From Candidatus Kapaibacterium sp. (GTDB taxonomy: Bacteria; Bacteroidota; Ignavibacteria; Palsa-1295): DNA of 64,000 nucleotides. The notes under the pieces are model-generated. The model searched no databases and had not been told where the DNA came from. It saw nothing but the letters and a program-made list of their open reading frames with translations. Positions 37,470-47,804 of this stretch are shown here, piece by piece; position 1 is the first letter of the stretch, and each line of letters starts with the position of its first letter. The position numbers were made by a program, and so were the translations under genes. The stretch is taken from positions 33,693 through 97,692 of the forward strand of contig JBBRNY010000001.1 of NCBI GenBank assembly GCA_038229915.1, written 5' to 3'.

Positions 37470-38345
37470 TCAAACTCGACTTTCCTTCCAGGTTCGATAC
37501 GCCGAGACACTCAGGATTATACTCCCCCCAAGAATTGCCCACATCGTTGGGCGTTCGTGAATGCCAAGGAATACCCATATCGGATTCAGTACCGGTTCGA
37601 TCATCGATAACAACAATGCATCGAGAGCTCTGACGTAATGGATACCATTGGTAAATAAGGCATAAGCAAATCCGATCTGAAAGATACCAAGAAATGCAAG
37701 TTCGGAAATCTCGGTAATAGAATTTGGGATGGGATTACTCTGCCCCGAAAGCCATACCCCAAGCATGACGATCACAATAATTAAATGCCCAAGAATAACT
37801 GATTGCCATCTCACCGCTTCGTTCGTATGTTCGTGCTTCAGTAAGAGCGCATAGGCGGCAAAACAGACGCCACTTATAAGTGCGAGGATGTTTCCGAGCA
37901 CTGACGAGGTATCAAACTTCCCGACAAAAAATAGTGCCATCGCCGCTATGGTGATCATCACCGAGATTACATCAGCACGTTTGATCTTTGTTTTTGAGAT
38001 CAGCGGCTCAAAAAATAATACATAGATCGGTGCGGTGTATTGCAAGAAGATCGCATTTGCGCTCGTCGTGAGTTTTGTTGCTAAAACGAACAACACCAGC
38101 AACGCGGCATAAACAACCGACATCTGAAGGGTTCGCGACGAGAGCCAATGTTCACGATGAGCCGCGAGATCGTTTTTGAATGTGCGCCGATAAATAATAT
38201 ACAGCGTGAGTGCCGCAAAACTGCTTCGCCACAGTGAGACACCATAGCCGTCAAGAGAAACCGACTTAATAAATAATCCGCCGGTGCTCCAGAGCAATGC
38301 TGCGAGCAAAATAAAATACGAACCTCGGCGCACGCTTGAGGTCAT
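37470..38345 (-). CDS. EamA/DMT-family transporter
   Basis: Ten predicted TM segments with duplicated EamA halves (LAALLWSTGGLFIK...). Confidence 0.75.
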   Translation of the reverse strand: MTSSVRRGSYFILLAALLWSTGGLFIKSVSLDGYGVSLWRSSFAALTLYIIYRRTFKNDLAAHREHWLSSRTLQMSVVYAALLVLFVLATKLTTSANAIFLQYTAPIYVLFFEPLISKTKIKRADVISVMITIAAMALFFVGKFDTSSVLGNILALISGVCFAAYALLLKHEHTNEAVRWQSVILGHLIIVIVMLGVWLSGQSNPIPNSITEISELAFLGIFQIGFAYALFTNGIHYVRALDALLLSMIEPVLNPIWVFLGIHERPTMWAILGGSIILSVSAYRTWKESRV

Positions 38346-38352
38346 CTGATTA

Positions 38353-38730
38353 TTATTTTTTGCTCCAACCGAGACGGTCGCCTTCTTCGAGTATCGCTTT
38401 TAACTCGTCAATGGTGATGTTTTTCTTCTTGAGGAATGCATCGATCTCTTCTTGCTTAATCCCCTCTTTGCGCAGTGGGCGGAAATCGTGAAAAATAATG
38501 ACCACATCATCGGGAGAGAAACGCGAAAGCATTTTTTCATGCTCAGGCGTTCGGAGCCTCGCACGATCAATGATAAGCCCTGTATTCACATCTTTCGGTT
38601 CTTGAATGACCGAGCCGGAATCGATCACCATCGGCTTCGCAAGCAATGTATCGGTTGCATCTTTCGGTGGGGTGGTCTTATTGGAGCAGGATAGTGTGAA
38701 AAAAGCGAAAAATATTATTATGTTTTTCAT
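38353..38730 (-). CDS. hypothetical lipoprotein
   Basis: MKNIIIFFAFFTLSC lipobox. 125 aa. Confidence 0.55.
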   Translation of the reverse strand: MKNIIIFFAFFTLSCSNKTTPPKDATDTLLAKPMVIDSGSVIQEPKDVNTGLIIDRARLRTPEHEKMLSRFSPDDVVIIFHDFRPLRKEGIKQEEIDAFLKKKNITIDELKAILEEGDRLGWSKK

Positions 38731-38937
38731 AGAGAGAAAACTTATTTCGGAATATTATTACTCCGCTACTATGATAGAAAAAAATAAAAATCACGGAACT
38801 TTTTGGTATTATGGCAGTTACGAAGAAGTAGTTCTACAAATTTATCGTCAAACCCTTGTAGTTAGACTTCTTTTGCAGAACATCAAGAAGCAAAGAGCAG
38901 TACTTTATTTGAGCCAATAAATCAGAGAGGAAACGCT

Positions 38938-41900
38938 ATGAACATACCTTATAAGCAAAACACCCAGCCAAATGGTTATTCGAGTAAAATCGGAAATGCT
39001 TTGACATTATTTTTACTGATGACACTATTAGCATCAAACACCGTGCAAGCACAGTATGATGTGACGACTCAAGGCATTCAACCAACACAAATTAGTGGTA
39101 GCGGAACACAGGCGACCTCAAATCTTGGGCAATTTGTGGTCAATAATAATACCGGAGATGTCAATTTTATTGGTAATTCAGGTAATGTCATCAGCACTAT
39201 TGGACCATTCACAACAACTGCAAACATCTCAGTTGCTACAAATCACAATACCTACCTTGCTGTTGTAACTAGTTTACAAATTGGGCCTGACCCCTTTATT
39301 AAAGTATTTGTATTTAACAATACTAATCTTACAAAAACAGGAGTTATGCGGATGCCAGCACCCACAGTATTGCCATCCAATTCGCCATACCAGATCTCCG
39401 TACAAGGGGGCTCTTTCCCTCATTCACCAAATGATGGAATCCATTGGATTGAAACAAATATGGACAACCACTATTTGTATATTGCTTGGCAGATGAATTC
39501 AAGACGACTTGGATTTGCAATTATGGATATTACAAATAATACTTGGGCAGTGCCACCAGGTGATATTCCAGAACCATGGCCAGGTGGCAGACAAGTTGCA
39601 CAAGGAAGCATCCCAACAGTGGGATGTTTTCGGTGGTCAGTAAATCAAGTACATATTGCTTTTGTCTCCGATCAAGGATCGCAACCGTATGATTTTCAGC
39701 CAAATATCCCATCTAATTTTGCCACCGATCCGATTGCAGTACTACCTTTGGTTACCCCAGGGAATGTAGCACATGATATAGAATGGGTAAGGGTTGTGTG
39801 TTGGGATCATTTTAGTGGTGCTAACGGACAACATTATTTTTATGGCACAAAGTCTGTCCCATTTGACGCAAACCGCCATGAATTGTGGACAACAACTGGC
39901 GTTAATGTACCATTAGGACCTCATACGACAAGACTCATAAACGATCCAATCAATCCCGGAACAGCCAATCCAGTCCCGCCTATGGCAGTTGCCGACCCTT
40001 ACCATATATGGAATGGTGTTGACCAATCTGTTTTTTGCCTTTATAAGGAATGGGTAAATTATGTACCTGGGATTCAGCCATCAGGGTCCACCCAATATAG
40101 AATTTGTAGAAAAGACGGTGCTAACCAACTAACCGTTTTTGCAAATCCGTTAGTTGTGAATAACCCAAATTCTGTAATGAGATACTACACCTTAGGCGCA
40201 AATCAAATGGGGACTTTTGCGAACATTGAGGGACCAGTGTCAATGTTACTGTGGCGCAATTTCATTGACATCAACGATGATATTCATGAAAATACACTTG
40301 CTACTGGTTTAGTAAATTTTACCGTAGTCGCTCCAAATTTAGCAAGAACAGTGCTTCAAGGCGACACATTAAGAATCTATGGTGATGTTTATGATAATCT
40401 GCGTAATTTTAATATAAACAATGATGCAGCAAAATTATTTGTAGGATTATCATCCACTGACCCTGGTTTTTCACAAACTGCAAAACGAGCCCATTTAATG
40501 CTTGATATTGATGCTAAATTGGACTTTCATAATAAGCTTAATTTTCAGTTTTTTGTCGAAGGCAGAGGAAGTATCGAATACAATGGTGCCAGCTTGAATA
40601 ATATGAACAATGTGTCGTGGTTTTTAAGAGGTAACCTGAATAGCATTGATAGTTCAGAACCTTTTAAGGCACTGTTCTATATTAATGCTCCATTAACGAT
40701 TCCTTCTTACTCGCAATTGATGAGTCAAAAAGGACAAATTCGATTTATAGCAGCATCTACGCAACCCGCTATGGCAAAGTTGACAGTATCTGGAGTAGGT
40801 TCGAATATTAATCTTCAAAATTCAACAATGATTCTTGGATCCCAAAGTACGTCAGGACCTTTGACCCAAATCGAAATGAATATAGGGAGTAGCGTCAATA
40901 ACGGACAATCATTGATTATTAATAATAGCCTTATCACAACTGGCTGGCAACCGAACTTGGTGTATAATTTCCAAGCAACAACGAACCCGTCTGGGAATCG
41001 GTCCGACATTCTTATTAACCGACCTGATGTCGTGAACATTTCAAGTAACAATATTTTGTACACGAACTTTAGAATAACCAACCCGATGGGGAATATTAAC
41101 TATGACTTTAACAGTATTTCTGCTGCGCGAAATGCAGTAAAGCTTGAATGGACAATTGCAGGAAATTACACAAAGCGAATTAATCTCCATCACAATAATC
41201 TCTTTGAAACCTGGCCAATTGGTTCAACACAAGATGATCCAATTGATTTTATTTTACTTGGACTCATCGGGACTAATCAAAACGATATTATTGTCGATGA
41301 GAATATTTTTGGGACACGAATAAATAATAATGTACGTATCCTTCAAGGCAATCACACCGCTATTGATTTTCAAAACGGTTCGGTAGGAAGAATAATGCAA
41401 AACAACATTGTCGGAAGATGGATCGGCATACATACTGAAGGAACTGGCAATACAAATCCATTCCTTTGTTTAAATGACATCAATGGTGCTGGTTCAGACG
41501 GTGTCAGTGGACCATTCAGTACTTTTACTAATAGTACCGGAATTCTTCAAGATGGGAATGGAACTGGTAACGTAAGTTATGTCAAACGCAATACAGTTTA
41601 CAATTATGGTACTGCCTATCATGCTGCTGGGAATGATAAAAGCGTTTGTGTCGACAACTATTTCCGAGATAGCCGAAGGGGTGTTGAGTGTAGCGGCACT
41701 TCTCTAACGGATTTTAGCGGTTATACTGAGTCTTCCTCCGGTAACCACATACAAGGTTTAAACCGGATTCTACATAATTCTGAGACACAGGTGTTACTTA
41801 ATAATATGGCACAACCTGTATTTGGAGCGCCAAACGCCGTACCACAAAATCAGTTGCCAAATTGGGCGCAAAATACAATTGATGAGCAAGGGTTAACAAA

Positions 41901-42933
41901 CGCTTTGCATTTCAAGTACGGTGGTGGTGCGAACCCACAATATATATTGATACAGCCAGTTACGTTCAATAATTGGAACCCTGCAATTCTCAGCAATGGA
42001 ATTGTTAATACCGGAGAGCCGAAAATGCTGATAACGTATGAGAATAATGGTAATACCACTGCGCCTACAACTGATTTTGACTGCAATGAAGCAGACCGCA
42101 TAGGAGTAAAAAACAATCAAACTCTTGCGTCGTTTGATTGTAAGTCAATGTTTAATCAAGCAGACTCTTCAGCATTATATGAATGTGCCATTGCCCTTTC
42201 ACAAATTGGTGCATTTAACATGGCATTTGATTCGATGCGTGTGTTTTGTGAGCGATATCCGTTAGTTTCAAATTCGATAATTTCGCTTCATGTCGGGAAT
42301 GGTTTAGGACTTTGTGGAGGTTACCCACTTAGTATTAAGCATAAAACTGGGTCAGATTCTACATTATATCTTGCATATAATTGGATCGTTTACATGCAAC
42401 CAAAGAATTCTGAGTGCGCGCAATATCAAGCTGGTATTTTTGATGGACTTGCTGCTCTTCTTGGTCATGAAGGTTTCAATGACCCTAATGAGCAGTGTAA
42501 TATGTGGTGGAATTATATTCAAATCTGTTCTGATCATGGTTGGAGAGATTCAATGTATTATGGTTTTATTCGCCAGACTCGGAAATACCAAACTATAGAT
42601 ACAACCCCGTACTATCTTTACACATACCCTTTGAAGCCACTCCTTTCTGTTGCTCAGGAACATACTAACCCTGAGGATCTGATTGAGGCGTTGCTTCAAC
42701 CAAACCCAACGACAAAGCAAACAAATTTGCGGTTGTCTTTAAATAAGAATGCATCAATTAATATTACTCTCTTTGATCTTCTCGGTAAAGATATGAAGCT
42801 ATTATATAATGGTGCTATCGAATCGGGCAATCAGACTATCCCATTAGATCTGACTGGCCTTTCAGCTGGCGAATACTATGTCCGTATTCAATATGGCGGA
42901 AATACGACGACCAAAAAGTTAATCATAAAATAG
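38938..42933 (+). CDS. 1331-aa secreted protein with T9SS type-A C-terminal sorting domain (beta-helix-like cargo)
   Basis: GAGAGG ribosome-binding site. Signal peptide. Asn/Gly-rich repeats (NNIVGRWIGIHTEGTGN...). C-terminal KQTNLRLSLNKNASINITLFDLLGKDMKLL...GEYYVRIQ matches the T9SS CTD. Confidence 0.8.
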   Translation: MNIPYKQNTQPNGYSSKIGNALTLFLLMTLLASNTVQAQYDVTTQGIQPTQISGSGTQATSNLGQFVVNNNTGDVNFIGNSGNVISTIGPFTTTANISVATNHNTYLAVVTSLQIGPDPFIKVFVFNNTNLTKTGVMRMPAPTVLPSNSPYQISVQGGSFPHSPNDGIHWIETNMDNHYLYIAWQMNSRRLGFAIMDITNNTWAVPPGDIPEPWPGGRQVAQGSIPTVGCFRWSVNQVHIAFVSDQGSQPYDFQPNIPSNFATDPIAVLPLVTPGNVAHDIEWVRVVCWDHFSGANGQHYFYGTKSVPFDANRHELWTTTGVNVPLGPHTTRLINDPINPGTANPVPPMAVADPYHIWNGVDQSVFCLYKEWVNYVPGIQPSGSTQYRICRKDGANQLTVFANPLVVNNPNSVMRYYTLGANQMGTFANIEGPVSMLLWRNFIDINDDIHENTLATGLVNFTVVAPNLARTVLQGDTLRIYGDVYDNLRNFNINNDAAKLFVGLSSTDPGFSQTAKRAHLMLDIDAKLDFHNKLNFQFFVEGRGSIEYNGASLNNMNNVSWFLRGNLNSIDSSEPFKALFYINAPLTIPSYSQLMSQKGQIRFIAASTQPAMAKLTVSGVGSNINLQNSTMILGSQSTSGPLTQIEMNIGSSVNNGQSLIINNSLITTGWQPNLVYNFQATTNPSGNRSDILINRPDVVNISSNNILYTNFRITNPMGNINYDFNSISAARNAVKLEWTIAGNYTKRINLHHNNLFETWPIGSTQDDPIDFILLGLIGTNQNDIIVDENIFGTRINNNVRILQGNHTAIDFQNGSVGRIMQNNIVGRWIGIHTEGTGNTNPFLCLNDINGAGSDGVSGPFSTFTNSTGILQDGNGTGNVSYVKRNTVYNYGTAYHAAGNDKSVCVDNYFRDSRRGVECSGTSLTDFSGYTESSSGNHIQGLNRILHNSETQVLLNNMAQPVFGAPNAVPQNQLPNWAQNTIDEQGLTNALHFKYGGGANPQYILIQPVTFNNWNPAILSNGIVNTGEPKMLITYENNGNTTAPTTDFDCNEADRIGVKNNQTLASFDCKSMFNQADSSALYECAIALSQIGAFNMAFDSMRVFCERYPLVSNSIISLHVGNGLGLCGGYPLSIKHKTGSDSTLYLAYNWIVYMQPKNSECAQYQAGIFDGLAALLGHEGFNDPNEQCNMWWNYIQICSDHGWRDSMYYGFIRQTRKYQTIDTTPYYLYTYPLKPLLSVAQEHTNPEDLIEALLQPNPTTKQTNLRLSLNKNASINITLFDLLGKDMKLLYNGAIESGNQTIPLDLTGLSAGEYYVRIQYGGNTTTKKLIIK

Positions 42934-42960
42934 TTAAAAGACTATAGAATTATTTTTTAT

Positions 42961-42994
42961 CAGCCGTGGGATAAGTCTCACGGCTGTTTTGTTT
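42961..42994 (+). terminator. rho-independent terminator
   Basis: CAGCCGTG, 10-nt loop, CACGGCTG, TTTTGTTT. Confidence 0.85.
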
Positions 42995-43061
42995 AGCTAC
43001 CGTTCTTAACAGTAGATACCAATAATCTCGTTTGTTTTTTGTGCATTACAGTACTATACCT

Positions 43062-44150
43062 ATGAAATTCGTAACTTTTCAAAAAGAACTCGCATCTGTA
43101 CCACAACCCAAGCAGATGCTGATGCAGTCGATCACCGATGCATTCGGCGAAAAGAATTTACAACTTCCGTATGGACCTAAAGGCAGATTGGGCTTCTTGG
43201 TCGGCGCGAGTATTGTTGATCTCGAACAAGCATCACTGAAGTTTGCTATGCATAATAATAGCAAGCATTACAATACATTACCAAGCGACATTATTATTTT
43301 TCTTGCTCTTGGTGAACCTGCATGGGCTACAGCAAAAGAAGTCTTTGCTTGGTGTATGGCAAAAACCGATGATGAGTTGAAGTCATTAGGTATTTATGTT
43401 GGCACAATGAGCGATACGCCCTTGCTTTCGCCTGTTCCGAAGCCCTCTTCGATGCGTGATGCATACGCCTTTCGTCAGCACGTCGAGGCGGCGCGCCGCA
43501 ATCGTGGCGTTGAGATGATCCCCGAGTTTGATGAATTTCCGGTGTTTTATTTTACAAATCATCAGGCAGTTATTGGTCCGGGACCAATGGAAGTGATGCC
43601 CGAGCATTTGAAAAAACTTGACTTCGAGCTCGAAGCCTGTATCGTGATCGGTAAAGAATGTCGTAATGTAAAAGCATCGGAAGCCGATGAGTATGTTTTC
43701 GGCTATATGGTGATGAATGACTGGAGCGCACGCTATCTCCAGATGGAAGAAATGAAACTCTCGCTCGGACCTGCTAAGGGTAAAGATTTCGCGACCGCGA
43801 TCGGCTCTGTGCTGGTCACACGCGACGAGCTTGCCTCGAAACGCATTACTTCCCCTGTGGGTGAGCGTTATGACCTTACAATGACCTGTAGCATCGGCAA
43901 TGAGGAAGTCTCACGAGGTAACCTTAAAGATATGAGCTGGACGTTCGCCCAGATCATCGAACGAGCCAGTTATGGTGTCACGCTCTACCCCGGTGATGTG
44001 ATCGGCTCGGGCACTGTCGGCACCGGCTGCCTCCTCGAACTCAACGGCTCAAAGGTTTTTGACAATCGCTGGATCGCCATCGGAGACAAAGTTACCTGCT
44101 CGATCGAGATGTTAGGTCAGCTAACAAATGAGGTTGTAGAGATGAAATAA
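43062..44150 (+). CDS. fumarylacetoacetase (FAH) family hydrolase
   Basis: GYMVMNDWSARYLQMEE...GPAKGKDFATAIG parallels the eukaryotic FAH GYTMFNDWSARDIQ...GPFLGKSF core. Confidence 0.8.
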   Translation: MKFVTFQKELASVPQPKQMLMQSITDAFGEKNLQLPYGPKGRLGFLVGASIVDLEQASLKFAMHNNSKHYNTLPSDIIIFLALGEPAWATAKEVFAWCMAKTDDELKSLGIYVGTMSDTPLLSPVPKPSSMRDAYAFRQHVEAARRNRGVEMIPEFDEFPVFYFTNHQAVIGPGPMEVMPEHLKKLDFELEACIVIGKECRNVKASEADEYVFGYMVMNDWSARYLQMEEMKLSLGPAKGKDFATAIGSVLVTRDELASKRITSPVGERYDLTMTCSIGNEEVSRGNLKDMSWTFAQIIERASYGVTLYPGDVIGSGTVGTGCLLELNGSKVFDNRWIAIGDKVTCSIEMLGQLTNEVVEMK

Positions 44151-44197
44151 GAGAACTTTGTTTTCTAGCCGAAGGTTAACATTAATGTGAACTTGCA

Positions 44198-44548
44198 ATG
44201 CGTAAGATCAATTTCTACAAAACTGAATTAGGAAAAAGCCCGATTGAGGATTTTTTTGATTCACTTCCCGCGAAATTATTTCAAAAGGTATCTTGGACAA
44301 TTGAACTTGTAAAACAACTACCAATCGTCCCGAGTGAATATTTGAAGAAACTTACCGGTACTGATGAAATTTGGGAAATACGGACCCAGCTTGGTAGCAC
44401 AGCAATCCGATTGCTTGGCTTCTTTGACGGCAGTGATGTTATTATTGTAACAAATGGGTTTTCGAAAAAAACAGATCGGGTGCCCAAACGGGAAATTGCG
44501 CTTGCAGAAGAAAGACGAAAAGAATATTTTCGGAGAAAAAAGAAATGA
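44198..44548 (+). CDS. type II toxin-antitoxin system toxin, RelE/HigB (Gp49-like) family
   Basis: 116 aa. ...[33 protein letters not shown].. is a Gp49/HigB-type motif. Overlaps the downstream HTH gene by 4 nt (ATGA). Confidence 0.75.
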   Translation: MRKINFYKTELGKSPIEDFFDSLPAKLFQKVSWTIELVKQLPIVPSEYLKKLTGTDEIWEIRTQLGSTAIRLLGFFDGSDVIIVTNGFSKKTDRVPKREIALAEERRKEYFRRKKK

Positions 44549-44823
44549 AAGATGATTTTGCACTCTATATAGAGAAACGAAAAAAAACAGACTCCGCTTT
44601 TGCCAAGGGCTATGAAGAAGGGTACCTCAACTTTAAGATAGGAGTAATCCTAAAGATGGCACGTGAAGACGCAGGAATGACACAGCAAGAGATTGCAAAA
44701 AAACTGAAGACCAATAAATCGGCTATCTCGCGTATTGAAAATCATGCGGAGGATATTCGTCTCTCGACATTAAAGAAATATGCCGGAGCACTTGGGAAAA
44801 AAGTGCGTGTGGAGATTTCTTAA
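44545..44823 (+). CDS. HTH XRE-family antitoxin (HigA-like)
   Basis: 92 aa. [31 protein letters not shown] is a helix-turn-helix. Confidence 0.75.
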   Translation: MKDDFALYIEKRKKTDSAFAKGYEEGYLNFKIGVILKMAREDAGMTQQEIAKKLKTNKSAISRIENHAEDIRLSTLKKYAGALGKKVRVEIS

Positions 44824-45351
44824 TTATTCAGCCTTTGCTATTTTTGCCTTCGTAAGTCCTTTTAATTTTTGATACTCTAAGATAACCATGGTCAAGACAA
44901 ATGTATCGAAGCTCATCAAGATACACACTCCCCAAAAGAAATGGAAGATGATGCGATAGGCTTCGATCGAGAGAATAATACCGAACCCAACAAATGCAAA
45001 TGGAAACACCCAGAGCTTTTTCTTTAGCAAGCCATACACCAAGCCCAGCTTGATCACCGCATGACTTAGCATATAGAGACTGACAATGAGCGTCGTACTG
45101 ACAGAAAGATTTTCTGCTTGATGATGCAGAAAGTGCGCGATGACATTGTCTGGATTTGCGGAGAAAAGATGACGCGTGAGGAAATTCATCCAACTACCGA
45201 GCGTTTGTGGCTCGACGAACAATAACAGTGTCCCGCCGATGAGCTGCATCACACCATCAAAGCCTTTGATGAAAAGACTTACTCGAAAGGCGCGATCAAC
45301 CAGTGATCTTTTCGCCGGAGGCTGGTCTATTGTTGTTTCAGGCTTTACCAT
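44824..45351 (-). CDS. DUF2127-like small membrane protein
   Basis: 175 aa with four predicted TM helices. Confidence 0.5.
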   Translation of the reverse strand: MVKPETTIDQPPAKRSLVDRAFRVSLFIKGFDGVMQLIGGTLLLFVEPQTLGSWMNFLTRHLFSANPDNVIAHFLHHQAENLSVSTTLIVSLYMLSHAVIKLGLVYGLLKKKLWVFPFAFVGFGIILSIEAYRIIFHFFWGVCILMSFDTFVLTMVILEYQKLKGLTKAKIAKAE

Positions 45352-45370
45352 CAGTCACGATCACGTTGAC

Positions 45371-47782
45371 TTAGTAGAATTTTCCGAATTGGAAATGCGT
45401 GTGCCAACCGCTTGGTGCACCAAAGGGTGTGATACTATCAAAACCATAACCAAGATCGAGACCGATCAGACCGACAGCCGGTACTTGCAAGCGAGCGCCC
45501 ACACCGAGCGAGCGTTTGAGGTTGAACGGATCGGCATACGAAAAATTATTCCAAACATTTCCTGCTTCGGCAAAGGCGATCAAGAAGATCGGTATCGGCT
45601 CGCGAGCTACTTGAAAACGCAACTCTGCGGCAAAGCGCATATAGGCGTCGCCACCTTGTGCAAAATTTGAGCCTGATGAATGTAAAGTACCAATAGACGC
45701 ATCATCATAACCACGAAGAGCTATCGTATTAAAACCGCTCGTCAAGCCTGAGCCGCCCATGACAAAGCGTTGCTGTGGTGGCACGAACGGTGTGCTCGAA
45801 AGCCCGCCAAGATCGCCGATCTCACCGGTTGTGACCAGTACAAATTTATTCGTCGGGTTAAGGCTGAAGAGTGTATTATAGAACTTCATCGTCAAACCAA
45901 GACGATAATAATTTGCCGGCTGGTTCGGCGCAACAAAACTTGCGGGCAAGTATGCGATCTTCGTCAAGAACGAAAACTCAGAACCGGTGCCCGGGAAAAG
46001 CGGATCGTCGATCGAATTGCGAGTAATAACTTGCGCAAGGCTGAGCTCATCATTGACACCAACCGGATAATATCCACCACCGGTGATGATATCAGTATGT
46101 GAAGCACTAAGACTCCAATCACCTCTGAAGAAATCATCAGGGAAGCGAAAACGACGACCGATCGAGATCGTAGCGCCGGTAACCTTCTGATTATAATACA
46201 CATTACTTTGTGAATTATAGACCGAAAAACCAAGCGAAGTAGGCTCCTGGAACAGCCAAGGTTCGGTAAAGCTCAGCGAGATCGTGCGATAGCTCTGTTG
46301 CCCAAATTCTGCTGAGACCGAGAATATCTGCCCTGCTCCGCCATGGAGCGGATCGGCAATATCAAAATTATTAAACGATACACCGACCGAACCCGTCAAA
46401 CCAAGTGCACCACCATACCCGACCGAGGCATTGAACGTATCGCTCGATTTTTCTTCGAAATTATAGATCACATCAAACGAAGTTGCATCGGCAACAGGTT
46501 TGACATCGGGCTGCAATTTTTCTTGATTGAAATAATTCAACTGCGCAAGCTGACGGAGCGAACGAATGATCGATGAGCGGCTGAAGGGGTCGCCGGGGCG
46601 AGAATAGAGCTCGCGGCGGATCACATAATCTTTTGTTTTGGTGTTGCCAGCAATATCAATATTGCGGAAGTAGTGGCGCTTGCCTTCTTGTATGCGGATG
46701 GTGATATCAACAGTGTCAAGGCCCACCACCGTCACTTCGGGCGCAACGTTTGCGAGATATCCGCGATCATAATAGAGCGAACCGACATCGTTAAAGTCGG
46801 CTGTTGGTCCTTTGAGGTTCAGATCAACTTTCTCGAGATTATAAACATCACCTTTCTTAAAGCCAAATGCTCGGCGCACTTCATCCTCGGTAAAAACATC
46901 GTTACCGGAAATAGAAATATTACGGATGTAATACTGCTGACCCTCGTAAAGATTAATTTTAATATTCAGATCAGAGCCATCAGTGACCCAAACCGAATCA
47001 GATAAGATCGCGGCATCGCGGAAACCGTGTGAACGGTAGTAACTCAGAAGTTTTTGCTGATCGGCTTCGTATTTTTTTGGGTCGAACGAACCACTGGTAA
47101 AGATCTTGTACCAACGTTTTTCGTGGGTATCGTCAAAACTCGAACGCAGATCGCCTGAGGTGACTTTTTCGTTGCCGGTAAAATCAATATGACGGACGGT
47201 GACTTCAGTACCCTCATTGATCGTGAAGATCAATCGTACTTTATTGCTTGTTTCGTCGAACGGCACTGTGCGATCAGTAATATCAACATAGTTATAGCCT
47301 TCTTTGATATAGGCAGCTCTGATCTTTTGCTTTGCCCCTTGCACTTCCCACGGGCGCAAGAACTCGTTCTTATAAAACGAATACGCTTTTTGAATGTCGG
47401 TGGTCGAAAGATGTTTGTTGCCTTCGATGATCACCGAGTCAACTCGCGGAAATTCTTTTAATCTTATCACCAAGAACGCACCCGTCGAGCCATCGGCTTG
47501 CGAGCTGATCTTTGCGACATCAATATGCACATCGGAATAAATATTTTGTTGCCAAAGCCTATCAATTGCTCGGCGGAAGGCATCGCTCGGGACAGCGAAC
47601 TTATCACCCTTATGGAGCAGACTTTGCGAGATGATGGTCTCGGCATTGCCCGAGACATTCCCTTCGACCGAAAGACCGAGGATGGTATATTCTTGATCGG
47701 CAGCTTGTGCGAAGGCGTTGGGAGCATCTAAAAAGAGACACAGCATCAGCATCGAAAATACGATCGTCGAAAATTGCTTCAT
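45371..47782 (-). CDS. bamA: outer-membrane protein assembly factor BamA
   Basis: Signal peptide, five POTRA-like repeats, a C-terminal 16-strand barrel ending FQFGKFY. Confidence 0.9.
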   Translation of the reverse strand: MKQFSTIVFSMLMLCLFLDAPNAFAQAADQEYTILGLSVEGNVSGNAETIISQSLLHKGDKFAVPSDAFRRAIDRLWQQNIYSDVHIDVAKISSQADGSTGAFLVIRLKEFPRVDSVIIEGNKHLSTTDIQKAYSFYKNEFLRPWEVQGAKQKIRAAYIKEGYNYVDITDRTVPFDETSNKVRLIFTINEGTEVTVRHIDFTGNEKVTSGDLRSSFDDTHEKRWYKIFTSGSFDPKKYEADQQKLLSYYRSHGFRDAAILSDSVWVTDGSDLNIKINLYEGQQYYIRNISISGNDVFTEDEVRRAFGFKKGDVYNLEKVDLNLKGPTADFNDVGSLYYDRGYLANVAPEVTVVGLDTVDITIRIQEGKRHYFRNIDIAGNTKTKDYVIRRELYSRPGDPFSRSSIIRSLRQLAQLNYFNQEKLQPDVKPVADATSFDVIYNFEEKSSDTFNASVGYGGALGLTGSVGVSFNNFDIADPLHGGAGQIFSVSAEFGQQSYRTISLSFTEPWLFQEPTSLGFSVYNSQSNVYYNQKVTGATISIGRRFRFPDDFFRGDWSLSASHTDIITGGGYYPVGVNDELSLAQVITRNSIDDPLFPGTGSEFSFLTKIAYLPASFVAPNQPANYYRLGLTMKFYNTLFSLNPTNKFVLVTTGEIGDLGGLSSTPFVPPQQRFVMGGSGLTSGFNTIALRGYDDASIGTLHSSGSNFAQGGDAYMRFAAELRFQVAREPIPIFLIAFAEAGNVWNNFSYADPFNLKRSLGVGARLQVPAVGLIGLDLGYGFDSITPFGAPSGWHTHFQFGKFY

Positions 47783-47804
47783 TCTATTACTTATGTGAGA
47801 GAGT

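Noticed and set aside
38771-38920. Possible 49-aa ORF (MIEKNKNHGTFWYYGSYEE...) in the AT-rich leader of the 1331-aa T9SS gene
   Set aside because: No ribosome-binding site and an AT-rich promoter-like context, with no supporting features. More likely non-coding 5' region.
45770-47461. Several 77-110-aa plus-strand ORFs inside bamA
   Set aside because: Antisense to a gene with clear POTRA and barrel features.
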